This document shows positions 1 to 10,800 of a stretch of DNA of 64,000 nucleotides, piece by piece. The position numbers and the translations under genes were made by a program. The stretch's first letter is position 1. Each line of letters begins with the position of its first letter. The notes below the pieces were generated by a model. It was not told the DNA's origin. It searched no databases and saw nothing but the letters and a program-made list of their open reading frames with translations. Origin of the DNA: a virus. The stretch lies in the IMG/VR virus record IMGVR_UViG_3300033978_000724, positions 33,032-97,031 of that record. One strand, written 5' to 3'.

Positions 1-21
1 CAACCAAGTATGTAAAATAAT

Positions 22-96
22 ATAGCGTGATGCTATCACTCAAATCTCTTCTTTGCGTGATGCTGACGAAGAGGGTAAACATTAGTTAACACCCTC
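22..96 (+). promoter_or_regulatory. Structured 5' leader of the major capsid gene (three hairpins)
   Basis: ATAGC-GTGAT-GCTAT (22-36); CTCTTC..GC-GTGAT-GC..GAAGAG (46-73); GAGGGT..ACCCTC (71-96). Confidence 0.55.
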
Positions 97-103
97 ATTT
101 TTA

Positions 104-1258
104 ATGCCTAATAATTTAGACGCATTTATCCCTAGAGTCTTGGCTATGGCAGTCATGACCCTGCGGGAATCAGTTGTTTTACCGGGTAAAGTTTATAGCT
201 CCTTTGGCTCTGAATATAAAACCCATGGTTCGTCTGTTGATATTCCGTTGCCTGCCTCGATGATCGCAGAAGATGTTGTACCTTCTAATATTCCATCTGT
301 TGGTCAGAATATTACTCCTAAGAGTATCAGCCTGAAGTTAGATGGCTGGATCAAATCAGGATTCCCGTTAACAGATTTAGAATATACATCGGTAATGGAT
401 GGCGTTGTACCCGTTCAATTAAAAGAAGCGGCGAGAGCAATTGCTAACCGGGTTGATACTGATTTATGGAGTATGTATAAGTCTGTACCCAATGTAATCG
501 GCACAGCAGGTCAAGTACCGTTCCAGAACGTTACACCACCAACTCAGACCTATCATTTATTGAATGCTGCTAAAGAATCAAGACGCATCTTGAACTTGAA
601 TCGTGCATTACAGAATGACCGGATCATGTTGTTAGGGGTAGAGGCAGAAGCCAACGCATCCGCTTTACCTCAGTTTTTAAGTGCGGCGGATTCTGGTAGT
701 ACCGAGACTATTCGTGAGGGTCGTATTGGTTATAAATACGGCTTTGATTGGTTTATGTCTCAAAATTCACCACTCCACGCTAACGCCACAACCGGCACAG
801 TTGTTACTAATGGTTCCCCTCCTACAGTAAATGGAGTGGGTGCTACGACCTTGGTTGTGTCTGGTGCTACAGCTATCGGTATTGGTGACAAATTCTCTAT
901 CGCTGGAGATACTACTCAATACACTATTAACGCTGGATCGAGTACCACTAATTGGTTGATTTATCCTGCCTTAAAAGTAGCTCCTGCCACAAGTACAGCA
1001 ATCACTATTTATGCCAGTGGTGCTAGTGGTGCTGATGTTTCTTTGGCATTCCATCCTATGGCTTTTGCTTTCGCTAATCGCCCTTTAATTGATGTGATGG
1101 CGAATGGTAACACAATTCAAACTTTAACAGACCCTGACTCTGGTTTGTCTATGCGGTTAGAGATTGTACGGCAAAACAAACAGACATTAGTAGAATTAGA
1201 TTTCCTTTATGGTTACACTCCCTTGTTACCAGAGTTAGCAGTCGCTATTTACGGGTAA
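104..1258 (+). CDS. Major capsid protein, P22 coat/HK97-fold type
   Basis: 384 aa; G-x-S-V-D-I-P N-terminal motif, central AARAIANRVD helix, C-terminal AFHPMAFAFA..DFLYG..PELAV typical of P22-coat-like capsids. Confidence 0.85.
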   Translation: MPNNLDAFIPRVLAMAVMTLRESVVLPGKVYSSFGSEYKTHGSSVDIPLPASMIAEDVVPSNIPSVGQNITPKSISLKLDGWIKSGFPLTDLEYTSVMDGVVPVQLKEAARAIANRVDTDLWSMYKSVPNVIGTAGQVPFQNVTPPTQTYHLLNAAKESRRILNLNRALQNDRIMLLGVEAEANASALPQFLSAADSGSTETIREGRIGYKYGFDWFMSQNSPLHANATTGTVVTNGSPPTVNGVGATTLVVSGATAIGIGDKFSIAGDTTQYTINAGSSTTNWLIYPALKVAPATSTAITIYASGASGADVSLAFHPMAFAFANRPLIDVMANGNTIQTLTDPDSGLSMRLEIVRQNKQTLVELDFLYGYTPLLPELAVAIYG

Positions 1259-1263
1259 AGAAT

Positions 1264-1476
1264 ATGAGTATTTTAAGCACCGTAAAGATCAGGCATAGTG
1301 AAGTGCCGGCTGGTTACATCGTGATTAATCAATCAGACTATGACCCGGCTAAACATACTTTATTTGAAGTGCCTCCTTCGCCTGACCCGGAAAAACCGCC
1401 GTTGATGTTAGATGTGAATGAAGTGCCAATAGAAAAAAAGACGGCTAAAAAGTCTCAACCTGTTGATCAGACTTGA
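1264..1476 (+). CDS. Small capsid-adjacent phage protein
   Basis: TVKI..GYIVINQSDYDPAKHTLF motif of a type seen after capsid genes; starts 5 nt after the capsid stop. Confidence 0.6.
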   Translation: MSILSTVKIRHSEVPAGYIVINQSDYDPAKHTLFEVPPSPDPEKPPLMLDVNEVPIEKKTAKKSQPVDQT

Positions 1477-1862
1477 TAAATAGAGAAATCAACAGACCAT
1501 CTCTGACCTATGACTGTTTCAGAGTATTCATTAACCGGGATAAAAATACAATTAGTAAAAACATCTTTGGTATCAATGTTATCAGTCATGGTCAGCAACC
1601 AACTCATGTCTTCATCTAAAGCGTGAATGTCGGCTGTTTTTATTAGGTCTAAAAAAGTGTTTTTTACATTATCCACTAAGTAACACTGCACAGTCCACTT
1701 TGACTTAATAGGGCAGGTTTGCCGGTCAAATCTAGCAAAACCAAACTGGCTGTAACTTAATTCAGCACCCTGTAAAAAAGTGTAAGTAGTGGAAATAATA
1801 GGATTACACCAAGTACCGATAGTAACAGATACATCGCCTTTAGAAATAATCAGAGTTGTCAT
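1467..1862 (-). CDS. Hypothetical protein, possibly distal tail (Dit-like)
   Basis: 131 aa, beta-rich, ending W-x-V-x-F-x-I-x-Q-V like tail proteins; AAAGGA RBS upstream. Confidence 0.45.
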   Translation of the reverse strand: MTTLIISKGDVSVTIGTWCNPIISTTYTFLQGAELSYSQFGFARFDRQTCPIKSKWTVQCYLVDNVKNTFLDLIKTADIHALDEDMSWLLTMTDNIDTKDVFTNCIFIPVNEYSETVIGQRWSVDFSIYQV

Positions 1863-1896
1863 ATAAATTCCTTTTCATTTTAAATATGAGGTAAAT

Positions 1897-2628
1897 ATGG
1901 CTAATCGCTATAAATCAACTGGAGCCGGTACAAAGATTGAGATATATCCTCAACATGACTGTTTATCCCGTACTCCCGCTCCTGTTTCCATAGCCACAAC
2001 CGGAGCCGTTGCAGATGCAGGTGATACAACTATCACAGTTGCTTTTTCTCCTGCATTGACTAAGCCTATTCTAGCACCAATGTGGGCGACAGCAACCGAT
2101 CCAGCGACAGGAAAAGAGGTTGATTTTAAAATCACCGCTGATGTGGCTATTGGTGCAACTAGTTTAACCGTAGTGGCATTGGCTAATGATATTCCTAGCG
2201 GATCGTTGATTACTTTTCCTGTAACATTCCCCGGTCGTAGCTCCTGTAATTGGCAACCATCAAACCAATCTGATGCTATGCAAACATTAGATGAAGCTGG
2301 CTGGGAGTCTTCTACACCTACCACAAAAGGCGGTAGTTTCCAGCTAGAAGGATACTGCTGGATGACGTTACCAGCTTGGCGTATTTTAGAATACGCATCT
2401 CGGAATAATGAGATGGTATGGGCAAGAATCACCTATCCAAAACCCGCCTGTCCTGACTTTGACGGGTATGATCATGGTGACGTGATTGAAGGGTTCTTTT
2501 TCCCTGATCAAGGCGTTCCCATTGATGCACCTGCTGAAAGTCCGATTATGAGTAGCATTACTTTGAAATTGGATGGCGCTCCGCTTCGTTGGTTAGAGCC
2601 TGGTAAATATCCTTTACCCGCCCTGTAA
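1897..2628 (+). CDS. Major tail (tube) protein
   Basis: GAGG RBS; TLDEAGWES..TKGGSFQLEG and SITLKLDGAP tail-tube-like motifs; precedes chaperone and tape measure. Confidence 0.75.
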   Translation: MANRYKSTGAGTKIEIYPQHDCLSRTPAPVSIATTGAVADAGDTTITVAFSPALTKPILAPMWATATDPATGKEVDFKITADVAIGATSLTVVALANDIPSGSLITFPVTFPGRSSCNWQPSNQSDAMQTLDEAGWESSTPTTKGGSFQLEGYCWMTLPAWRILEYASRNNEMVWARITYPKPACPDFDGYDHGDVIEGFFFPDQGVPIDAPAESPIMSSITLKLDGAPLRWLEPGKYPLPAL

Positions 2629-2718
2629 CACATCAAGGTATTATAATAGGTAGCAGTTGGAGTTATTTCTCTGACTGCTAAACTTTTAGATTAAAACAAA
2701 TAAGAAGGACAAAAATAT

Positions 2719-3501
2719 ATGGGTTTTCCCTTTAAAACAAGAGCCACATCGGAGTTTGTGACACTTACCACTAAGAACGGTGATAGCTTTGAGATTGAAA
2801 GCAGAAACGATATTACTGTATTAGAGGATAGTAAGTATCAACAGTTATTACAAGAACACAATGTCAAAGATGAAACACGATTATTATTAGACTTAGCGGC
2901 GTTAATTAGTCGAGAAAAAGGTGTAACTGCTGACCGTGCATTAAAAGTTATTATTCCTACTCAAGAGGTGACAACCGATGAAGAAAAGGAATTAGAAAAA
3001 GAAAACGATAAAATCAGAGGGGAATATACTGGCAAAATTGTTGAGTTAAATACTGAGATTATTTTGGCTTCTGCTAGTAAGGCTTTATTTGGTGCTTACG
3101 TTATTTACCCTAGATTATTAGGTCCGATTGAGGCACGTATTAAAGAGATTAAAACCAAGTCTGCTGGTCGTGATTACACTGATGAAGAGAAAGTAGAAGT
3201 ATCTATTTTAGAACAGCAAATAGACGACATCAATGATTGGAGTTTAGAAGACATCAAGCAATTACCAAAGCAGGTAGTTGAGGCATTGGCTAAATTCTTT
3301 AATACTGAATCCGCTGGCAAGCAGGAGGTGGCAGTAGATGAAGAATCGGGAAAATCATCATCCCCCAGAAAGAGCAAGTCCTCAAGTACAAAAGACAAGA
3401 GCCTACCGACTGGGGAAAAATCTACTGGAGAATCCAACGGTACTGGCCTCATGACCGAAGATTTAGTTATGGTGAGTTCGGGTATCAGTCAAGAGGGTTA
3501 A
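2719..3501 (+). CDS. Tail assembly chaperone (gpG-like)
   Basis: Follows tail tube; contains in-frame slippery heptamer G-GGA-AAA at 3348-3354. Confidence 0.75.
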   Translation: MGFPFKTRATSEFVTLTTKNGDSFEIESRNDITVLEDSKYQQLLQEHNVKDETRLLLDLAALISREKGVTADRALKVIIPTQEVTTDEEKELEKENDKIRGEYTGKIVELNTEIILASASKALFGAYVIYPRLLGPIEARIKEIKTKSAGRDYTDEEKVEVSILEQQIDDINDWSLEDIKQLPKQVVEALAKFFNTESAGKQEVAVDEESGKSSSPRKSKSSSTKDKSLPTGEKSTGESNGTGLMTEDLVMVSSGISQEG

Positions 3502-4007
3502 TACTTCAGGCGTTGAGGGAAGGAGAGGAATTAGCAAGAGAACAATTACATTTACAGGAATTAGCCATAGCACAGCTAACTTCTGTTTATGTTAACTCTC
3601 AAAAAACAAAACCACCTTACACCAGTCCTAAAGACTTTTGCTTATTCCGTCCTTCTGACCAACGCTTTTCACCTATCTTGTGCCGGGTAGTCAAGTCATT
3701 GTTAAGGGAAAAGAAATTGCCTAATTGGGTGATAGGATGGCTACCTCACGATGAATTAACTCAGGGCGATACCTTACCAGATCATGCAGTGCCAGTCAAA
3801 CATTTAAGAGCGTTAATGGCTCCGGGTGTGGTGATCTTTTCCCCTAATGTGACTGACAACTATATTAAGTTTCCACTTGCTCTAATAGAGGGAGTACAAG
3901 GCAGTAAGAGAGTTTATTGCATTGATACTAGGGAACACTTTGATATAGAAATACCATCTGTATTTGATGAGTTTGTATTAGATGAGATTTGGGAGCGAGT
4001 ATCGTGA
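3354..4007 (+). CDS. Tail assembly chaperone -1 frameshift extension (gpT-like)
   Basis: The -1 frame is open from 3354 (IIIPQKEQ..DWGKIYWRIQRYWPHDRRF..ILQALREGEE) into the annotated ORF at 3513, which only has a TTG start. Confidence 0.75.
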   Translation: MIIPQKEQVLKYKRQEPTDWGKIYWRIQRYWPHDRRFSYGEFGYQSRGLILQALREGEELAREQLHLQELAIAQLTSVYVNSQKTKPPYTSPKDFCLFRPSDQRFSPILCRVVKSLLREKKLPNWVIGWLPHDELTQGDTLPDHAVPVKHLRALMAPGVVIFSPNVTDNYIKFPLALIEGVQGSKRVYCIDTREHFDIEIPSVFDEFVLDEIWERVS

Positions 4008-4423
4008 GAAGACCGAAACAATCCAAGTTTAAAATTAATTATCAAGGTCTGGCGCAGTTAAAACGAATGATCACTGAATCATTTGAAGAGACTATTAAAG
4101 AACTTGACATGGAATTTGAGGCGGTCATCTCAGATGCTAATGCTTTCGCCGATATAGGGGTATTTAACCAGGATATTATTTGGTCTGGTCGGTTAAAAGA
4201 ATCTCAACAATTAGAGCTATCAACAGAAGGAAATAAAGTAAAAGCATCCTGGCAATGGGACCCGGTTGATCCTGAAACTGGAGACCATTATGCCGGTGAT
4301 GTTTTTGTTGGTTTTACTACCTGGTCCGGGCGGTTTATCCCTGGTAGAAACTGGCCGGATAAAGGGATTGAGAGATACGATCCATTCGACAATTTTGTGG
4401 TGAAGTTAAAGGCAAAATTATGA
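4004..4423 (+). CDS. Neck/tail completion protein (HK97 gp10-like)
   Basis: DIIWSGRLKES, YAGDVFVG, PGRNW motifs; GTGA overlap with upstream stop and GGGAG RBS favour a start at 4004. Confidence 0.6.
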   Translation: MRRPKQSKFKINYQGLAQLKRMITESFEETIKELDMEFEAVISDANAFADIGVFNQDIIWSGRLKESQQLELSTEGNKVKASWQWDPVDPETGDHYAGDVFVGFTTWSGRFIPGRNWPDKGIERYDPFDNFVVKLKAKL

Positions 4424-4857
4424 GCAACATTGCTAATTATTTTTCTGATACAGCTATGACAATCAAGTCTAGCTGTATTTCTAATTTAAAGGATTTATTA
4501 ACTACTTATACTTTACCTAGTGGTGTGATAGTAGATGCTATTGCTATTAATCCTATTTTAGGTAACGATGTATTCCCGCCAGAAGGTACTAAAACAGGTG
4601 AGGGAATAGAGGTTGTTCTTTATTATCCTGAAGCGAGAGTCAACCAAATATTAGCAGGGTACTCACGTGATTATTTATGGCAAATATACCTTAAACAATG
4701 GGATTTAAAAAGTGATACGTTAGAGGCATCGGAGTTATTAATTGATGCTTTACCTTATCAGGTTAAAAATTGTTTTAGAAATAGACAAAATAGCTTGTTA
4801 AATCAGCCTGAAATATGTAAGATAGAAGTAATTATTGGTATTGCGGGGAGTTGGTAA
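4420..4857 (+). CDS. Putative tail terminator/completion protein
   Basis: Position before tape measure; WQIYLKQW strand; overlaps the upstream stop. Confidence 0.5.
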   Translation: MSNIANYFSDTAMTIKSSCISNLKDLLTTYTLPSGVIVDAIAINPILGNDVFPPEGTKTGEGIEVVLYYPEARVNQILAGYSRDYLWQIYLKQWDLKSDTLEASELLIDALPYQVKNCFRNRQNSLLNQPEICKIEVIIGIAGSW

Positions 4858-4859
4858 TT

Positions 4860-7800
4860 ATGGTTATGGTAGGTGGCGTTGAGATTGCTGTTGAGTTAAA
4901 CCTTGAGGGAATAGAGGAAGCCCTAAGAGATTTACACGAAAGGATTAAAAGTACATCTTTTTATGTTGATGTAAAATATAACGCTACGCAACAAGGTAGT
5001 ACAAAGCAAAGGCAATCACAGCCAACGTCTCGCAATCAAGTCCAACCATTTGCCGACACATCGAATAGATTGTCTAATAGCATGAACGCTATTGGTAATA
5101 TAAACTCAAAGGGGTTTGAGTCTTTACAAAGAGACTTAAGAAATCTATCTTCAACAATAGATAAGAGTTCTAGTAATACGCTATCTACTTCTAGTAACAA
5201 ATTAAGCAATATTTCTAATATATTAGAGAAAGGGCATCGAGATATTTCTAGTGTATTCCAGAAAACATCAGAGCAGTCGTCAAAACAAATAAGTAGCCAG
5301 GTTAAAAAATCAGCTAGATATAGTTTAATAAAAGAAGTAAAAACGGCCGCAACACAAGGTCTTATTTACAATACTTTCTTCCAAGAAGGTATTGATATGA
5401 TGGGGAACAAGATAACGTCTAGCGTCCTTAAAAAAGCAGGTAGAGCGGTAAGAAAAGCAGAGGTCCCATTAAGACTAATGGGAATGGGGAACGTGCCTGA
5501 TAATTTTGACAAGGTACAAAAAAGGGCTGATGAATACGCTGGGCAAGTGACGCAGTTAATCAAAACCCCAGAGTTTGAAAAGAATGCAAAAGAAGCCTTT
5601 GAGACAATTAAATTGGCTTTTGTTTCGGCGACAAGTGACTCGTCTGATTTTTCAGGGTCTATACATGAATTGGCGGTAGAGTCAAGGCAATCTTTCTCTC
5701 AATTGAAGTCGGCTATAAACGGAGTCCTTGATGGATTAACAAGTACAGCAAGTCAAGTAGAAGGTTTTGCTCAATTAGACGAGTTATCTAATTCTTTTAG
5801 CGACATAGTTGATGCAACAGAAGAGAACAGAGATGACATAGACAACTTTCTTACTGCGTACAGGGTCAAGCTAAAAGAGTTTTTATCTCAGCTACAAGAT
5901 GGAGGGAATGAAGATTTAGACTTGTCATCTGTTAGTAAAGTAGCAGATGGGTTGTCAGTAACACTAAACAGGCTGAATAGATCAATAAAGCAAAGGAGCG
6001 AAAAGACAGGGACAGCTTTTGTTACGTTAGAGCAGGCTATCCAAAAAACGAGTGAAGTATTTAGCAAGACAGTATCTGAAACCAGAAAAAAACAGATAGG
6101 AAATACCATACAAGAGGTGGTTGATAAAAAAGAAACGGCACAAGGTTTTAATACAGAAGGGAAACCAGGTGTAGTGGTTTATTTGCCTGGGTTTGGTATA
6201 GAACCTGACGAAGCATTGCAGAAAAAAATAGAGTCCTTGACTGACACAGAGAACCAAGCATTAAATATAAGAACGTCTCCAGAGTTAGATCGGGATAGCA
6301 AACTAAAAGGAGGAAAGAATGACAATGCCCTTCAGTATGCTTATCGTGCTTTAAATACGAACCTAACTAATTATTCGTCATTAACGACTGAAGTAATTGC
6401 AGACATAGTAAAAACGGTAGAAGACAACCCGGATTTAAAAGACGTAACAATAGTGGCTCATAGCCTTGGAGGGGCAATAGCCAGGGAAATAATAGAAGTT
6501 GTTAATACAATTGATTTAGTCAAAATAATAAAAGATTCGCTTGGTCGAGATATTACTATAAGCGGGCTGTCTTATGGTACGGCCACAATGGGATTAGCGA
6601 AACCTGTCGAGAATGCTCCCGACCCTAACAACCCTAACTTTGAATCTGTTTTATCACTAGATGATGCGGTGGCAAAAGTAGGGTTATTTAATCAAGGCTC
6701 TGTTAGATTTCCAGGGTTGCCACTTGAATCAACAGGTGGTGGACTACCAGGACATTCAACTGATGAATACCTAGGAGGGCAAACTATAAGAGAATATATG
6801 CAGTCTAAGGTGCAGGTAGGGGTTGCACCAAAAGCAAAAGATGCCTCATCACTCCCGGATTCGCAAGCAGGAAAAGTATTAGAAGAATATAAAAAAGAAT
6901 TGGAAAAAAGGACTATTCCTAAATTAAAAGATATTGTTTTTCAGTTAGGCATTAATCAGCAAAAAAACAAAGCACTATACATCGAAAAAATATTAGAAAG
7001 AAGCACAGAAGAAATAGATAATGCGATACTGGAGGCCGAAGGACGCAAAGATATGGCTCCTGTCACAAAAGAAAAAGAAGCATATATCTTGGACTTACTG
7101 CATGGGATGGAGTCGTCTGTAGATAAACAGCTACATGGGATGAAAAGTATTCCTGCGGACGACACAGAGAAAGGGTTAAAGATAATTGAAGAAGCCCAAA
7201 AAGCTATTGAGGCAATCAAGAAAGAACAAAGAGAGAATGTCTTTTCGCCATCAGCGTCAAAGCAATTACAGGGTTATTTGCTTCACCTGAGAGGCAATAT
7301 TAAACGAGTATCAAAAATGTTGCCAGCAGGCACATTAGAGAAGGCTGCTACAAAAAAACAAGAAGCATTATTCAAAAAAGAAAGTGGCGTTTTATTTAAC
7401 TCTTTAGCCGAAGTAGGAAAAAATATCACGCAAGGTCTGGAGTCAGGTATAGATATAGACGAAGTAGCTGACATGGGGATGTTGATTGGCGACACAATAA
7501 CAGAAGCTACAAAAGACAGCTTAGATATTCACTCTCCAGCCGGTGAATTTGAAGAAATAGGCGAGAATATAGGGGCCGGTTTAATACAAGGGTTGTCGTC
7601 TTTAGATGAGGTGGCTGTTGTTATACAGGATAAGATGGCGGCGATATTAGAACAAACAAATCGTCAGATAGAAAAAAATAAAGAGATGTTTACCCTGGCA
7701 TCTTATTTACGGGACGTAGATGCTAAGAGGAGTTCAAATTTATCCGCAGATATAAATAGTCTAACGTCTAATTTTGACCCGGCTGAGATAGAGAAAGAAA

Positions 7801-10800
7801 TAGTAGAGAAAGAAGAACAGTACGGACGAAATAACAAAGGTATCCCCTCTTTATCTGATCTCTCTCAATATGTCGAGAAAAAGAATGTAATACCATCTCT
7901 ATCTCAAGTCTCTAATTCCTTAAAAAAAAGAGAACCTTTGCCTACGGCATTAACCGAACCAGGTCCTGACGTAATCTTTCCGCCATTCAAAGAAAAAATG
8001 GCTAGTGGTGTCCCTACATTGAAAGAAGTTGCCAATATATTAATCCAAAGAAAAGCGTCTGACGATGTAAGATTAGCCAAAACACTAGAGACCACATTTA
8101 AGTTGTTGTACAACAGGAATAAACAAAGAACACAAGACCCTGATTATTTGCCTGGAGATTACTTTGGATCAAAAGAAGTAGATGCGTCTATGAAGGAGAT
8201 AGAAAAAACTTTTGCGGGGGTAAAAAGAAAAGAAGAAGAAATACGGATGGCAAATGAGGAGGCAAAGAAAGAATTAGTGACCTTCACGGGGATAGTCTCT
8301 GCTACGAATCAAATATTAGAGAAGAAGACAAAGCAATCACTTCAGAACGCTGATCGAAATAGGGCGAGACAATCGGCTGGTTTTGTTGAAAAAACAAGAA
8401 GCAGGGCCGGCATTGAAAGTATGCTTGGCTTAGAGGAGTCTCCTGATTTTGAGGAAATCGCAAAAGAGATAGAAGAAAAAGAAAAGGAATGGCTTTCTGA
8501 TATAGCAAAACTGTCAGATCAGGAGATGGACGCTAAATGGGAAAAGAAAGGAGTTTTAAAAGAGCAAAGCCAAACCCCGGTAAAACCACAGGGACTAACC
8601 GGGATGCCTGCTATTATGATGGCATTAAAACAGATTGAAAAACAACGGACTAAAGCGTTTGCAGAGAGTCTAACAAGAGAGTTAAAAGATTGGGATAAAG
8701 CAATAGAAGACTTGGAATTCACACAGATACTGGAGGACGCTAACTCTATAGTAGAAGAAATCTCTGACGCTTTTGCATCTGTTGTTATTGACAATTCTCC
8801 TGTCTTAGAGTCTCTTGATGACACAACAGAAGCAATAGAAAAATCATGGGATGAAATAGCATGGGTATTTAATAGAGTCGGTAGCACTATAGCAAATATA
8901 GATACAAAACCATTATTGGAGTTGGAGGATGGGTTGGCTAGTGCAGACATAAATACGTTGACTGATTCATTGATTCAGATCGTAGATGGATACAAAGAAG
9001 CACAAGAAGAGACTAGCGTCGTAGCCCAATCAAATCCAACCAAAAAGACAAAAGGACGACCTTCTTTTACAGAAATATTGGCCAGTAATTCAGCCTATAT
9101 AGATGTGTGGGCAAAAACAAAAAAAGGAAAGAGAGACAGAGAAAAGCTAAATAGCGTAGAGAAAAGATCGCCTCTTAGTCGGTTGCTAAGTCAAATGGAT
9201 GATGAGACTTTAGCCCACACCAGAGAAGTCAGCAAGAATGGGAAAAAAATATCATTAAAGTTCTTACCTGATAGAAAATTCTTTAAGCAATACGAAGAGA
9301 AGTTGAAGGCTATAGGAATTACTGACAGAAAAGAAATGTTTGATATATTCCAAGATGTTAGGGCTGGGAATGTGGAGTGGTTAGCAAATCACATACAGAA
9401 TAGCATGCTAGACGTTAAATCAAATAATCCAGAAGACTATAAGAAAAAAATAAAAGAATTACTTAAACAAGCGAAAGTAACAAAAGATGAAGCAGAAGGA
9501 ATAATAGAGTTTTACATGAACTCTGGCAGCTGGAGTTTAAACAGACAAGAGAAAATGAAAAATACAAAAGGGAATCCTCTTGATGCTGTGGCACAGTTTT
9601 ACGCTGAAAACAATGAAAGACTAAATGAAATAAAAAAACAGAAATCATTAACCCGAAGAGCCGGTCGAGCCGCTGGTAACTTAGTTAAAAACCGAGTAGG
9701 AAAACCTTTAGCCACCTTTGGCAAAAACAGAATAGTTGATCCATTGGCAAATACAAGAGCCGGTCAAAAAATAAAAGAAATCAGAGAGGACAGGAAAAAG
9801 AAAAACTCTTTTGAAGAGATAGACCCGTCGAAATTGTCACCTAAAAAAGTAGAAGAATACTTAAGGAAGTATGCAGATAGAACATCAGAACTAGCACCGG
9901 AAAAACTAGCAGAACTGACGGAAATAGCTGAAGAATATTTGGCTGATAAGTTCATGAAAGAGTTGAACTTAGACGCTATTTGGGACAAGATAATGATAGA
10001 CAAAATGGACTTCAAAGATTTGGAGACCGTTCAATTTGCTTATTTGATGCAGTCAAAACAATCGGCAGAAGTAGCAAAGAAAACCTTTGAATCCTCTAAA
10101 ACATACGATGCTATCGTCAAGGGATTTGACTCTTTTGTTCATGAGTGGATGCCAAATAAAGTAAAAGAAACACTGAAAAAAGCAGAAGAGTTTTTCAGTA
10201 AAACAGAAGGGGGAAGGAAACTTGTTGACGGGGCAAAAGGTTTATACAAGACACTAGATAATTTGCAAGTCATATCGGCGGTCAAAGGTGCTGGTAAATT
10301 ACTAGGTGCATCATTTAGTAAGATATATCAAGGATTGTTTATGATTATCGCCCCCATCACCGGGTTGGGCATTGTATTGGCATCACAAGCTGCGGTGATT
10401 GCGAGAGAGGTAGTTGAATCACCTCTATTGAGAGCTTTTGGGTCTGACATCATGGATGTTCTTGGTACTATATTTGGGACGATAGCAGGGGACTTTAGAA
10501 AGTTAAGTTTGATGTTCCTTAATACTCCTTTTGGGAAGGTACTAGGTGAGACAGCGACAGGCATATTCTCTTTTCTGAAGGAAAGTGCAAAAGGCATAAA
10601 AGAGTTTATAGCTAAACCTGACTTCATAAAGTTATTTGGTGGGATGGAAAGCATCAAGGAAAATATAAGAAATTCCCCTATCGTAAAGTATGTAGCGGAG
10701 TCGCCTGTTGGTCAATATGTAAAAAAACGTGCGAGACCTGCTGTTAAATTCGTGAGAGACTCTGCCTGGGGGTCTGAGGATAAACCAGGATTTTTCCGTC

